NCBI GenBank assembly: GCA_034780895.1
Contig: JAUZTB010000072.1
Span: 14,616,373-14,680,372, forward strand
DNA length: 64,000 nucleotides
From: Rhynchobatus australiae
Lineage: Eukaryota
Direction of reading: 5' to 3'
The position numbers and the translations under genes were made by a program. The notes under the pieces are model-generated. The model had not been told where the DNA came from. It searched no databases and saw nothing but the letters and a program-made list of their open reading frames with translations. Positions within the stretch are counted from its first letter, which is position 1, and each line of letters opens with the position of its first letter. Below are positions 1 to 13,350 of the stretch, piece by piece.

Positions 1-3000
1 CCTGCCAATGGCAGGCAGGCCTTCCTGCTCTAGAATAGTGTCAGATTTTGTTTGATGGCACTCTTGGAATGCTTTGGGATGTTTTACAACTTTATGGGTA
101 CTTTATTGTGGTACACCCCTACCTCTCTCTTACAATATTCCTTCATATCGATTTTATTGTTCAGGAAAAACTCTGCAGGTCTTCAACCTGAAATGTTAAC
201 TGTTTCTCACTCCACAGATGTTTCCAGTATTTTCAGATATTATATCAGTGAAAATCCATTTTATTAAATAATTTATTAACCCTTCCTAATACTTCCTTTG
301 GCTCAATAGCTAGTTTTCAATTAGACATAAAGCTGCTGTGTGAAATGGATGTTGTTAATGATGTTGCTACCCCTTCCTCTTATTGTTGGCTCCACAGGGC
401 CATCAGAAGTCTCACTTCACTGCTGCTATGCTGCTGAGGCAGTATTGATGCTGGGATTGTAACTTAAGGGGAGGAAGACTTTAAATGAGGAAGCCCTCAG
501 ATCAATTGCTTGGCCAGAACTGAAGTCCCGCCTTGAAGAGCTAGGTTGACAATCAAGAACAAAGAGAAGTGGAGTGCTTCACTGTCAGAAATGTTATCTA
601 TCGAATGAAACATTGAACTGAGACCCTTTGTGTTTCTCATATAGAAGTAAAACATCCCATGACACATCCAAACAGCAACAGGGCTGTTGGTTTTATGGCC
701 AATTGTTATCTTATAGTCTACAATAAGAAGAATAATATTATCTGATTATTGATGTTTATGGAAGGATCCACCGGCAAATTTACTGCTTCTTTTCCTACTA
801 TAAGCCATCTCTCTGGCTGTTAGGGACTTTTCTATTATTCCTTCATGGACGTGGACACATTAGCAGTGCCAGTATTTATTGCCTATCCCTAAATGTCCTT
901 GTGTGGAATAACTTGCTTGGCCACTTCAAAGGGCAGTTACGTGTAGGTTTTTTACAACACAAGCACCAGTACCTATCATAGCTTTTTAATTCCACATTTA
1001 TTTAACTAACCACTCAATTCCTCAGCTGCTGCATTGTGATTTAAATTCCTTTCTGTTGATGATTAGTCCAAGCCCATGGATTGTCCATCCTGTAAGTGAA
1101 ACATTGCACAACCCTAGGAATGTAAAAGATGCTATGTAAATTCAAGTCTTTCTTTTCTCTTTGAAACCAGAAGACAGATCTGTAATCCAGGCTTGAGCTG
1201 CAGTTGTGTAGCTGTACTCCCACTCAAACTATCTAAGAGTTTGGCTGCAACACAGCTACAAACTAGCCTGAAGAATGAGTCACATCCCAATGGGTGACTC
1301 ACGATGTAGTTCTGTGGTTGCTTGATCGAGTCCGGATTGAACTAGCCCTTTGTCATAAAANNNNNNNNNNNNNNNNNNNNNNNNNNNNNNNNNNGGGCAA
1401 GCAGGCTGATCTCATCTCTGGCAGCTGAAGGGTTACCCAGGGTCTGGGCAGGGGATTCCAGTTCCTGCTCTGAGTGCCCAGAGACCCTGAAACTGACATG
1501 TGGACAATAGCTATTAATCTCAATTACTGGACCCTCCACACTTAACAAACTTGGACGCAGTAGAGACTTAGATAAAACAAATGTAGTTTATCAAGGCACT
1601 GCCAGGTTACAAACTGTGCTGGAAACAAACTTGACAGCAGACAGATTGAGGCTTGTCCCAGCAGGCTGACTGTGCATGGAGCTGAAGCAAGCAGCTTGGA
1701 TCAAAAGCTTCTATTTAAAATACTTTAATGCAATAAAAAAAATAGCATTTAAACAAAAGTTAGAGAAGAATTTTTTTAAAAGTTTGAATCTGAACAGATA
1801 GACGCTTTGGGTCAGTTCCCAATGTATACCACACAATGTAGACTAGGAAATGAAATTTTAATAAATTGAGCACATAATCTACAATGATGTAAACTGAGTC
1901 AAAGGATCCAGTTGAGATCCTGAACCCACATTCTGGTAAACGGCTCTGATTATACTGTTCTGTTCTCTTCACCAACTGTAAAGCAGTCCTGTGCTTTCAG
2001 CTGTGTTGGTCTGATACCTGTTTGCTAAACATTTATGTAACCAGCATTCTGAGGTCAGGCAACAGAACAACTCTCAGGAGGTAAGGAAGTAATTTCCATT
2101 TTGAGCAGCACGATGCCTTAGGATACAGGACAGAAGTTCCTCGCAATAAATCAGCTGAAAATAGAACCTAACCCTCAGCAAGAAATGCTGCATCAGTTTA
2201 AAATCTGTAACCCGAGGACTTGTCGGGCCTCGGTTTGGGATATTACAGCTGCACTCTGCATCATGCATCCATTGAGTTAGCTATACCACAACCATCCCAA
2301 ATGTAGGAGTGTATCTGAGTGGGCACACTGCTGTTGGCTTCATTTGGGAATTTTGACTGTTTTCACCTCACTGGTGCAAGCCCAAGAATTGAATAATCAT
2401 TGCTGATAGTCTTCAGGTATTTGATTTCAAAATTTCAAGTAGGCTGTTGCAAAATTTCCAAACCAGATCCTGAAATGTTCCTCAAAATAAACCAAACTCT
2501 CTTTTTATGAAATGCATGAACTGCTTGATTTATTCCTGGATGTGGGTAACACTGGCAGAGCCAGTGTTTAGTGCCCAGGACTAACCAGGTGGTAGTGAAC
2601 CTCCTTCATGAATCACAGCAATGTGTTTGGTGATGGTACTATTAGATAGGGCATTGCCCGCAATGATGAAGGAATGGATAGGACGGTGAGTGATTTGGAG
2701 GGAAATTGGAGGTGACGGCATTCCTGGGAGCCGGGTGTCCTTGTTTTTCTAGGTGGTGGAGGTTTAGGAGGTGTTATGGATGAAGCCTTGGCAAGTTGCC
2801 AAAGTACATCTTGCAAATGGTGCACGGTGCAGCAACAGTGCACTGGTGCTAGAGGGAGGAAACATTTAAAGCACTGGATGGTCTGCAGATCAAAGGTACT
2901 GCCTACACCTGGATGGGGTTGAACGTCCGCAGTGCTGTTGGTGCTAAATTTATTTAGGCAAGAGAAGAGTATTCCATCACACTCCTGACTTGCAGATGGA

Positions 3001-4226
3001 AAACTTTTCAGGAGCCATGAGTTGAGTCACTTGGCACAAAGTACCCAGCCCCTGTGGTGATATGGAAGGATTCATTTATACTATTAGTGTGGATTTTTGA
3101 AGAATTTTTAAACAAACAATGACTTGATCCTCTCCATTAGGGTCTGGGCAAAAGCTGCTGACTCCCTACAGCTTCAAACTCATTTCTGTTCAAAGCGTCC
3201 CACCGTTCAACCTTGTTCTGGGCCAAATGTATCATTGGACCAACAATGGAAAATCAGGGAGCCCAGTAACGGGTTTTTTTCACATTTCTTTATCAACTTA
3301 CTATTTATTTTCTCCTGTTGGTGATTTCCAAGTTCCCATTCTTCAGACTCAGAGAAAGCTCTGCTCTGTGCCTGGTGCTCTGATGTGCCTGAACACTCCA
3401 TTCCTGCTGTCTGTGCAAGACCTTGCACATGGACGGGATTGTTTAGATGTGACAGGCTCTGATGTTTGAAGGCGCTGTAAATCTCCAGTGAAGGCATCTC
3501 CTTCACCCATACAGGAGGCATCACCTTACTCACCTTACGCTGGCTAGTGAGAAGATAGGCATTCCAGTTTGAACCACAGGGGAAAGGTTTGGACTCGCAG
3601 CTGGGTGCCCTGGGGCTCCCTCAGTAACAGACTGTAATATGACACAGAAAAGTGGCTGTTGGGACCTCTCAGAACCAATTTATTAAACTGAAATTAATAA
3701 AGTTAACAATAACCCCTCCTTACATCCAGAATTGCCTAACCTTCGACAGTATTATCCTCCTGGCCCCTACTCTCCCCCTATTTTTTTGACTGGGATCAAA
3801 CTCCTATGGTTGATCACACCAGTGGATCTCATTCTTTTACTCCTGTTCCTTGTTCCATTCCTCCCTGCTGGATTCCTGCCCCACATCCTGACCGAGAGGA
3901 TCAGGTAACTACTTCCTATCCGCTAGATAGAAACTTCCAAGGAATTACACAAGATCTGTGTTGGGAATTCCACCGGTGGTTGGGAAATGTTTGCAGCTGT
4001 GTGGTGCTCTATAGGAACCAACACTGTCCAATTGTGGCAATGTTTTCAGTGGCTGTAACTGAATGATGACACGCATGGGTTACGTGGTGTTGAATGGTAT
4101 CTTATATTCTGCTCCAGTCTGTACATGGAAGATGGAAGCAAGTACTGTAGTGGCTCTCGTTGTTGACAGACCCAGAGAGATGAGGTACATCAGGAGGTGC
4201 TGATCACTTGACCCCAAAGTTCAAAA

Positions 4227-4254
4227 GTGTGTGTGTGTGTGTGTGTGTGTGTGT
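4227..4254. repeat. (GT)n microsatellite
   Basis: Direct read. Confidence 0.95.
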
Positions 4255-5312
4255 AACCATGCTGACATCACCCATCATGTGGTTTGTCCACACTGCAGCT
4301 GCCACACCTTGTTCAAGCTTCTGAGTCCTTATATATTTTCTGGAGCAAACCTTGCTATGGCTTCACCAGGAACCAGACTTCACAAAAATAATGGGACGCC
4401 GAAGGCTCATTAGTGTTGGTGTTAATACTCCACATACGCATCCTCTCACCCGTCAGCTTATTCCATTCTCCCTCACATGCATTTCACTTTGCTAGTTTTT
4501 TCCTGCCTCTGAAATGTTGGTTAAAGGTCAGTGTTCATTCTCTGTTGCTGTGTTAGCAGTGGGTTGGGCTGAAACCTCAGCGGGGAATCTGTCCTCCCAC
4601 CACTGATACCTGCTCATTTCAAAAAGACTGAGCTGGGGCTGGAGCCAAGGCAGCTGGAGTGACCAAACCCTCAGTTCTAACTCCCTCACAGGGAGGGAGA
4701 GTGTGGCTTTTCACAGGCGTGTGTACACACACACGTGCATGCACGCTCACACACACACTTCCCTCTCCCTCTCCCTCTCCCTCTCATACACAGACCATTT
4801 TTCTTTCCTAAAGCACCGAAAAGGGAGGTTCTTGTGTCAGCAAAAAATTTTCTCTGTAGGAATGCTGCCTTCCAACTGAAAAGTTCAAATTTGTGTCTTG
4901 CAGCCAAATCTGTTGCCGACATCAGACAAAGTTGATTAGAAAGAGTTTGGAGTTTATTTAACCTTTCAAACACGCCAAAAATAGTAAAAACCAATGCACT
5001 TTTAAATGAGCAATTAATGTGCAGAGTAATGACCTGCTAACCTAGATCTGTCAGAATAAAATTTCTCAAGTTCAGTCTGTAACGAGGCAAACGTGGGTTG
5101 GAACTGGACTCAAAATCTTGGCTCTATGGTACTCTACTCAAAACCTCAGTGCTGTGGTATTGTACTCCAAACCTTCTTCAGAGGTGTCCCTAACCTCTGG
5201 ATGGTCCATAGCACATCCCTACTTGTGCAGTGTGCAGATGGGCAGAGTAAGATGTCAGTGAGGAGGGCTGGGGATGAAACCCTGACATGGACAGGCCCAG
5301 ATCAAGGTTTCT

Positions 5313-5962
5313 GAATCAGAATCAAGTTTATTATCACTGACTTGTATGTTGTGAGGTTTGTTGTTTGGTGGCAGCAGTAGAGTGCAAAGAAATAAAAATT
5401 ACTATAAATTACAAAATAATAAATAGTGCAAAAAAAAAGGAATAATAAGGTAGTGTTCATGGGTTCATGGACTGTTCAGAAATCTGATGGCGGAGGGGAA
5501 GAAGCTGTTCCTAAATTGTTGAGNNNNNNNNNNNNNNNNNNNNNNNNNNNNNNNNNNNNNNNNNNNNNNNNNNNNNNNNNNNNNNNNNNNNNNNNNNNNN
5601 NNNNNNNNNNNNNNNNNNNNNNNAGTGTTCATGGGTTCATGGACTGTTCAGAAATCTGATGGCGGAGGGGAAGAAGCTGTTCCTAAATTGTTGAGTGTGG
5701 GTCGTCAGGCTCCTGTGCCTCCTCCCCGATGGTAGTAATGTGAAGAGGGCATGTCCCGGGTGGTGAGGGTCCTTAGTGATGGATGCTGCCTTCTTGAGGC
5801 ACCGCCTCTTGAAGATGCCTTCAATAGTGGGGAGGGTTGTGCCCGTGATGGAGCTGGCTGAGTCTACAACCCTCTGCAGTCTCTTGCGATCCTGTGTATT
5901 GGAGCCTCCACACCAGGCTGTGGTGCAACCAGTCAGAATACTCTCCAGCGTACATCTGTAGA
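5313..5962 (-). mobile_element. Rex1/Babar-type LINE 3' fragment
   Basis: Minus ORF ...ESILTGCTTAWCG...DRKRLQRVV...KAASITKDPHHPGHALFTLLPSGRR...FRNSFFPSAIRFLN, typical of the Rex-Babar C-terminus, followed by 3' UTR and a tail ending in ctgaatcagaatc on the + strand. Confidence 0.85.
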
Positions 5963-6739
5963 AGTTAGGTTTGTAGGCCCTGGCACAAGTAAGGAGAACA
6001 TAAATGTTCAGCACAACAAACAATCTGCTGGAGGAATTCAGTGGGTCGAGCAGCACCTGTGGGGGAAAGGGAATTGTCGATGTTTCGGATCAAAACCCTG
6101 CATCAGAACTGATGAATTTTTGATTTGCTGGAAGTGTATCAAACCTTGGATCTAAACACTGAAGGTTCAACGAGGTGATAAATCAATCTATTTGACAGGA
6201 CAGTGACTAGAATTGAAACAGATGCTAAAGGGTACTGAAGGTGCACTGATGTGTCAGTGGGTAAATGTGTACACAGAAAATCCCAGGTTTGATGCCTTGT
6301 CTAGACTGAATTAGCTGATTTCACATGGCATCTCAGTGATTGTGGATTAGGAAGGAGGAAACCAGTGATGTTTCTGCTGTAGATAACCTTACGGTAGCAG
6401 CTGGTGAAAGAGTGTCCATGAAGGGATTAATGGCGAGTATGATCTTTTCCTCTGGACCTCACATTGTTTGTTACTGTCTCGCACTGTGGTGAGCAATGGG
6501 AAAGTGTCCAACCTATGGCAACTACGCTCCAGAACCAAGGTCACCTGAACCTCCATAGCTGAGCTGCTGTATGCAGAGGAAGCTTGTGCTTATAGACACT
6601 TGGTGGCTGAGCTCCAAGATAATGTCGACTGAAGCAAATGAGACCATGGGTCTTGCACACAGCATGTGCATGATCAAGGTTCTCTACTAACTGCCCCACC
6701 ACAGCACACCATGATCAANNNNNNNNNNACCTCCTGGCA

Positions 6740-7415
6740 AAGACAGATAATAACAATGAGATTCACCGCTGCCTTTGATGCATCAGCACAGCCTTCAGTT
6801 GACTGAACAAAAGGATTTTTCAAGATCAAAACCCCAGACCTGGCACAAAGCCTATGGTCTACTGGTCAGCAGGGATCCCTGCCTTCCTATATCTTCTGAG
6901 ACCTGGGATTCCTACAGCAGACTCTCACGGTACTGGAGAATACCACCAACTGTCTCCACAAATCCTCGTAATAACAAGAAGCATAAACAGGTCAATGTCA
7001 GCGACCTCCCGCCAGACCCAGAACCTCAGCACCGAGTCCCTCATTACTCTCAGTCACCTCCACTGGTGGGCCCTGGTGATCACGTGCCTGAAACCAGACT
7101 CCTGATCAAACACTCTACTTTGAACTCTTGTCATCAGAGATTACCAAACAGCCAGAGAAAAAGATTCAAGGAGGTTCTCAAAGCTTCTCCTTGAAGTTCA
7201 ACATCCCCACTGACTCCTGGGAATCTCTGGCCCATGACCACTCCAAGTGGAGAAGGAACCTTCAGGATGGTAACTACCCACCTGCCTGCCCATCTGCCAC
7301 CTTCTGTGGGTGAGTCTGCCCTTCCCACATTGGCCTCATTCGCCACTTCTGACCCCACAGACTGGAGTGGAGGCAAGTTGTCCTCCATCCTGTGGGTCTG
7401 TCTGAGAAGGAGAAC
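6740..7415 (+). mobile_element. RTE (BovB-like) LINE 3' relic, frameshifted
   Basis: Fragments HLHWWALV, QRKRFKEVLKAS and IPTDSWESLAHDHSKWRRNLQDG resemble the RTE C-terminus. Confidence 0.75.
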
Positions 7416-9679
7416 GAAAGGTCAATTAAACCACTGCAAAATGTTGCCACCTTTATGTTGGGACCTACTGGAGGGATTTGGCATGCTACAGGGCTGTGTT
7501 TTCAGGCAGAGTTTAGTGGATGGTTTGTTAAAATGGAATAGATATCTTGGATTGGGAATTCTGGCACACTGTGGTATTTTATTTGGGAAAGTTCCTGGAA
7601 GAGTTGACATTACTTGTTCTAACTTCTCGTTACTGATTCCAACTTGTTTGTTGACTGTTCAAGAACAAGTGATGCTCTGGTTTTGATTACTTTGGCCTGT
7701 TTGGAAAGTTGCTTAAAGTCCTTTTGCTCCATTTGGCAGGTGAAGCCTGTGGTCGTGTCTGTGCATTCAGACCGTGAGATTTAAAAGCCTGCACCAGGAC
7801 CAGCCCAGTTAAATAAACTTGAAGTGTCTCTGTCTGATGAAATATAATTTGTTGAGCTTTTACACCCCTGCCAGTTCAGATGGTGTGACCCTATCTGTAA
7901 AACATATAACAGAACTTGCATGGGAATAATAATTCATTGTGTTCTTGGCATAAGAAGTGGGATTTTATGATTGTCTGTCTGAATAAGATTTTTTTTATTC
8001 GCAGTATGTTTCTTCTGCTTCATAAACAATTATTTATCTTTATTCTGTGCTATTTGTTATCCTCCCAGTGACCCGCAGATTGAGCCAGGGACCAGCCCTG
8101 AATCCACTCTAGTCCCAGGGAGGGTCCGGATTTCTTGCCTGGATTATTGCTTCTCTGAGACTCATTGCCAGGATCAGCTTATGGAGATTAACCATTGCCT
8201 CCTTCCCTCCTGGCCGCGTGACTGAGTGATGCCAATGCTCCCTGTGTGCTGCAGAAGGCCCATGCCACTGCTCCCTTTATCCTGGGTGGGTCCAGTGAGA
8301 ATGCTTCCTGNNNNNNNNNNNNNNNNNNNNNNNNNNNNNNNNNNNNNNNNNNNNNNNNNNNNNNNNNNNNNNNNNNNNNNNNNNNNNNNNNNNNNNNNNN
8401 NNNNNNNNNNNNNNNNNNNNNNNNNNNNNNNNNNNNNNNNNNNNNNNNNNNNNNNNNNNNNNNNNNNNNNNNNNNNNCAGTTTGATCTAATTATCTAAAA
8501 AAAGTGGTAAAGTAAACAGTGTAGAACCAACTTCCCTAATATTTGAATAATTAAGAGTTGCATACATGATTTAATAATGGAACATGAATGGTAATATTTT
8601 GTTTTGCTTTTCTTGCAACTAATACAGAATGCCCTCCATCTCTTTTTTTGTTCTTGTATTTATTAGCTCTCTTCTTCCCGTAGGTAATCCTTCTCCATCA
8701 TGTGGCAATCTTCCAGTTGATTACATTTCCACGTGTGTCCATCCATGTCAGGAGCTAGATAACTATTGAATCCATCCTGATCTACTGGATGTTTCTGAAC
8801 TGGTTTAATGTCTGCTCCTCTTCCCTTCCTTCATCAATTCCTTTCCAAGGTTAACCCCCTCTGGAATTTCCCTTCCTTCATCAATTCCCTTCCCCGTGGC
8901 TTCCATTTTAAGACGAAACAATGGAGAAAGGAAGGTTTGAGAACAAAAACTGGTGCAGGTTATTGTACTGAGATTGACCCATTGGTCTGCCATTGAACAA
9001 CTTATCTTGAGAGGACAACTAAGGAGCTATGTTGAGCAGATTTTGAGATGGAGACATCAAATAAAACTGTATATGTTCTACATCTGTACACTGCTCTTTA
9101 TATTGCTTATTCAACCTTTTGTGATTTGCTGAACATGACTCTTCACCAGAGAAAAGTGCTGCTGATTGATGTAGGTCTGGTACCAATTAGTTTGAATGTT
9201 ATATTGATTTGTACAGTGAATGGGGGTAAGAAAGTCAACTTTGTGTCAGCATTCCATCTTTCACCATTTGCAAATTGTACTTGGATAGCAACAGACGAGC
9301 GAAAGAATTCCCGTAGCCCAGTCTATGCTCCAGAAACGTTGCCACCTGCAGAACAATGTCGAACCTGAAGTTAGTGACTCACAGGAGATTCATTTGCCAA
9401 CTTCCTCAACTGAAGAGAGGCTGTGGGACTTATTGATTGGAAGGTGCCCAGAATGGGCTCAAGCCACCTAATTCCAATTAAACAGAAAGAATCAGGCAAG
9501 GATCTATATTAAATGTTACTTCTGGACATATATTCTCTTAAGTTTCAACATCAACACAGTCCTGCAAATGGATCCTGCATCAATTACAATCAGACATTTT
9601 TCTTTTATTGGCTGATAGCTACATATGCAATTGCAGGATTGGGGGTTTATTGGAAAATTGCACATTACATCAGAGAGTC

Positions 9680-10020
9680 ACATAACATGGAAACAGCCCC
9701 TTTGGCCCAATGAGTCTGCACTTACCATCAACCTTCCATTTGCACCAATCCCACACCAATTCCATTTTGTTTTCCTCTCACTCCCATGAACTCCCCCAAG
9801 ATTCTACCGTTCACCCACACCCTAGAGGCAACTTACAGTGGGCAATTAACTTGCCAAAATGCTTATAGTTGGAATGGGAAGGAAACGTGAGCAGCTGGGG
9901 GAAACCCATCTGGTCGGAGGGAGAACGTGAAGACTCCACACAGGCAGTGCCAGATGTCAGGAAGGAACCCAGGCTGCTGGAGCTGTGAGGCAGCAGCTCT
10001 ACCAGCTGCACCGCTGCGCT
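9680..10020 (-). mobile_element. tRNA-derived SINE (HE1/V-SINE type)
   Basis: Reverse complement of the 17195 family (gaaacccatctggtc...actccacacaggcagtgcc...ggagctgtgaggcagcagc). Confidence 0.8.
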
Positions 10021-10409
10021 GCCCTAAACACTAAATACTTCAGAGGCGTTCAAAGTTTTAAAACTTGCCTCGACAGGGAGCCAAAGTTCGACCTCTCAGC
10101 CTCCCCACGGCTCTCTGTGCTTGGGTGTCGACCAGGAATGGGTTTCACACACCTAAACCTCAATTGAGCACATATGGAANNNNNNNNNNTTCAGTGAGAT
10201 CATTGCTGACCTGATCTTGGCCTCAGCTCAAGTTTCCTGCCTGTTCCACATTAACTTTCAGTCACCCTATATTCCAAAGTCCTGTCTATCTCAGCTTTGA
10301 ACATATCCAATGACTTGGCATCCACATTTCTCTGGGGTGAAGGATTCCAAAAATTCATAACTCTCTAAGGAGTTCATTAATTAGCAACTCCTTATTCTGA
10401 ACGTAAGCC

Positions 10410-10920
10410 CCCTGGACAAAGCAAGTGTAGAGTAATCCCTTCCTCACTTCCCACCCTCTGCATCCAGCAGATCATCCTGACCAATTTCCGACACCTTCAG
10501 TGAGATTCCACCGATGGACACATCGTTCCCTCCCCTCTCCTTTCAGCGTTCCGAAGGGACCATCGCCTTCCTCAGCAGCTGCCCTTTTACGTCTTCCCAC
10601 TGTCCAGGAACCCGAACACTGCTTCTGGTGAAGCAGGGGTTCACTTACACTTCTAAGCTCGTGTACTGCATTCAGTGCTTATAACGTGGCGTCCTTGACA
10701 TCGGAGAAACCCAGTGCAGATTGGGAGACCACTTTGATATCCACCCGTGTTCAGTCCACAGGCCTGACCCTGAGCTTCCTGTTGTCTCCATTCCACTCCC
10801 CATTCTGGCCTACCTCTCTGTGGCTTCTTGCACTGTTATAACAAGGCCCTCGACAAGCCTCAGGATCAGCACCTCATCTTCTGCCTGGCCTTACTGACTC
10901 AATATTGAGTTTCAGGTAAC
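10410..10920 (+). mobile_element. Penelope-like element relic (GIY-YIG endonuclease region)
   Basis: Decayed coding sequence such as IQQIILTNFRHLQ, FTYTS..VYCIQC..GVLDIGETQCRLGDHF and QDQHLIFCLA. Confidence 0.7.
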
Positions 10921-11097
10921 TTGCTCTTTCTGACAAGTTCTGGTGTAGTTCATCCATCTGGAATATTGGCTTCATTATTCTCTCTCCCCATAACCTGGCC
11001 TAACCTGTTCAGGGATTCCCTGTTGCAAATTGTACTTTGTGTGTGTGATGCTGGGATGACCTCGAAACAGAGGAGGGTCAATTCTTGGATTTATAAT

Positions 11098-11122
11098 GAG
11101 GAGGAGGAGGAGGAGGAGGAGG
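11098..11122. repeat. (GAG)n microsatellite
   Basis: Direct read. Confidence 0.9.
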
Positions 11123-11273
11123 AAAGAGAGAGAAAAACAGAAGAAAACTATTGGGGACGGTCAATGGATCTCTCTCATTCACTTCCCACTCCTTGGATGG
11201 ATATATCTATGGGTTGATGTAACCCTTGAGCTGATCTTGCATTGTTGATTGACATTTTGTTTTGTCTAGGGCC

Positions 11274-11461
11274 ATGGTGGAACACTTGACCNNNNNNTTT
11301 TGGTTCACGTTGGGCATCCTGCTCCCATCCCTAGTTGTGGCAGCACCGCCTCCCATCAATAAACTGGCTTTGTTTCCTGATAAAAGTGCCTGGTGTGAAG
11401 CAAAGAACATCACCCAGATAGTTGGCCACACTGGATGTGAGTCAAAGTCCATCAAGAACAG
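11274..11461 (+). CDS. NBL1: NBL1/DAN (BMP antagonist) first coding exon: signal peptide and start of cystine-knot domain
   Basis: Translates [62 protein letters not shown](R). Acceptor tttgtctag ends at 11269; donor AG|gtaggt after 11461 (phase 2). The true start could lie in the 6 Ns at 11292-11297. Confidence 0.95.
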
Positions 11462-11623
11462 GTAGGTATGAAAAATCAGTATGTTAAACTAACCTTGCAG
11501 TGCATTTCAATTAAAATAACATTTATTTAAATGAAAACGTCAGAAGGCAGAGGAATGCTCAGGATTGGTANNNNNNNNNNGACAACGGTACGTCAGATCC
11601 CAGTGTTCAGGATACATCATATA

Positions 11624-11937
11624 CAGGGGCTCACTGGGTTATCAATGACCTGACTTATGGAAATCCAACTTTACGTAAATTCTCCCACACATTTTTAAAG
11701 CATTTTTTAAGCTGGTAATAATAATAATAATAATCATAAAATGTTTCATAGTGTTCATTAATGGCTGGATACGGTATATATTCTATTAGTTTAATTATGA
11801 GTAGTGTTATGGTGATTATTCGATGAAGTGAAAGAATTATAGCAAGTGTACGTAGAGTGATACAATCTGGGTTACTGTAGAAAACAGACAGTTCTGACTT
11901 ATGGAGGAATCTGCCTACGTAACTCGGGGACTGCCTG
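11624..11937. mobile_element. Tigger/pogo-like (Tc1-mariner) non-autonomous DNA transposon in NBL1 intron
   Basis: TA-CAGGGGCTCACTGGGTTA ... TAACTCGGGGACTGCCTG-TA: imperfect TIRs with TA target duplication and AT-rich interior. Confidence 0.65.
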
Positions 11938-13208
11938 TACCATGATATTCCTTATATCCTTCAATTTGTTTTCCCAGTGGTTATTTATCCCATTTTCCTT
12001 CAAATTTACAGATATAGTCAACACACGTTGATCCTACACATTCCCCACCCTCAGTTAGTAAGAAGGGAAGTAACCCAATGAGGAATCTGTTTGTAGAACT
12101 GCTCTTCAGAGCAGATCATCAAAGTGGGCGGTGTAAATGTATTCAAGAGAGTTAGGACGATCTATTGCAGAAAACGAGGATGTATTGAAAAGTGAGGGAT
12201 GTTAGATTCAAGAGCTCTTGTTCCTGAGAGCTCTCATATTGACATGTTTTCAGAATTATATATTATGGACATTGGAAATTGAATCTTGTGAGATGGTTTG
12301 GGAGGGATTAATGGTCATTAATTATCCAGAATAAGTAATTCATCGTGGCTACCTGTAACTGCAGTGCCAGAAGGCAGGGTGTGAGACTTCTGACTTTTAA
12401 CCTTGATCTAAAAACTGCCTTTCATCGGGGGGGTGGGGCAAGGGGGGTGGTGTGGGATGGTGGGAGTGGTGTCGTACATTAAAGTTGTACACCCTAGTTA
12501 CAACCAGTTATACATTTCTCTTTGAAAGGATTGGAGCTGTTTCTGCATTAGGACTTAAGATATCCCAGCCAGATGGTAGCTAAGGCTGAGAGGCTGGAAG
12601 TCAGTTAAAAACCCATTGTTGCTGATTCTGATTCTTGGGGTGACTGGTAGTGGATCTCCGAAGGCTTTGAGTTTTCAACTGGCTGGTTCCATGGTGACAG
12701 GCGTGACGTGCCTGCTTCTTGTGTGGCTGATCACTTAGCAAACACCATTTGCTTTCCTTCTCTCTTACTTGAGGTGTGAATGAACACATCACTGCTTACT
12801 GACGCAGTTGTGGGACTCCCGTCTTCCTGGAACTTCAACGTCTGAATACTTGTGAGAAGTTAAAGAAGACCATCACACAATTTAAAGGGAATTCAGGGTC
12901 CTGTTGCTTGCGTGAAGGTTCATTAGAAGAAACCGTCTCATGTCATCATAAAATAGTTGTCTGTTTGGTTCAGTGTAGTGTCTGTGAATGTCTTATGCAC
13001 TAAGTGTATATTCTGTGCACCAATGTTGCATTGTTAGCTAACACTACTTATATGGACTCACTTGTGAAGAATGGGCCCTGACTGAGTAGCAGAGGATGCC
13101 TGGCACCAGTGGACACCATGCCACAACGTCACAATCTTTGGGGAGGAGTGTAAGTGTTGGGATGGAAATTGGGGAATAATAAACAAAAAGCATAAGGAAC
13201 TCCACCTC

Positions 13209-13350
13209 ACACACAAAATGCTGGAAGATCTCAGCAGGTCAGGCAGCATCTATGGAGGGAAATAAACAGCTGACGTTTCGGGTTGAGGCCCTTTATTCCC
13301 TCCATAAGTGCTGCCTGACCTGCTGAGGTCCTCCAACATTTTGTGTGTGT
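13209..13350. repeat. Palindromic Penelope-derived terminal repeat (about 57-bp inverted arms)
   Basis: acacacaaaatgctgg...gcagcatctatggagggaaataaa / tttattccctccataagtgctgc...ccaacattttgtgtgt. Related copies near 6010, 14100, 27170, 48650, 49910 and 57410. Confidence 0.8.

Noticed and set aside
4560-4860. Possible NBL1 promoter or non-coding first exon (CA and CTCTCC tracts)
   Set aside because: Plausible position, but no convincing donor site or CpG island; needs transcript data.
5450-5696. About 73-bp direct duplication flanking a 100-N gap
   Set aside because: Overlapping contig ends either side of a scaffold gap; assembly artefact.
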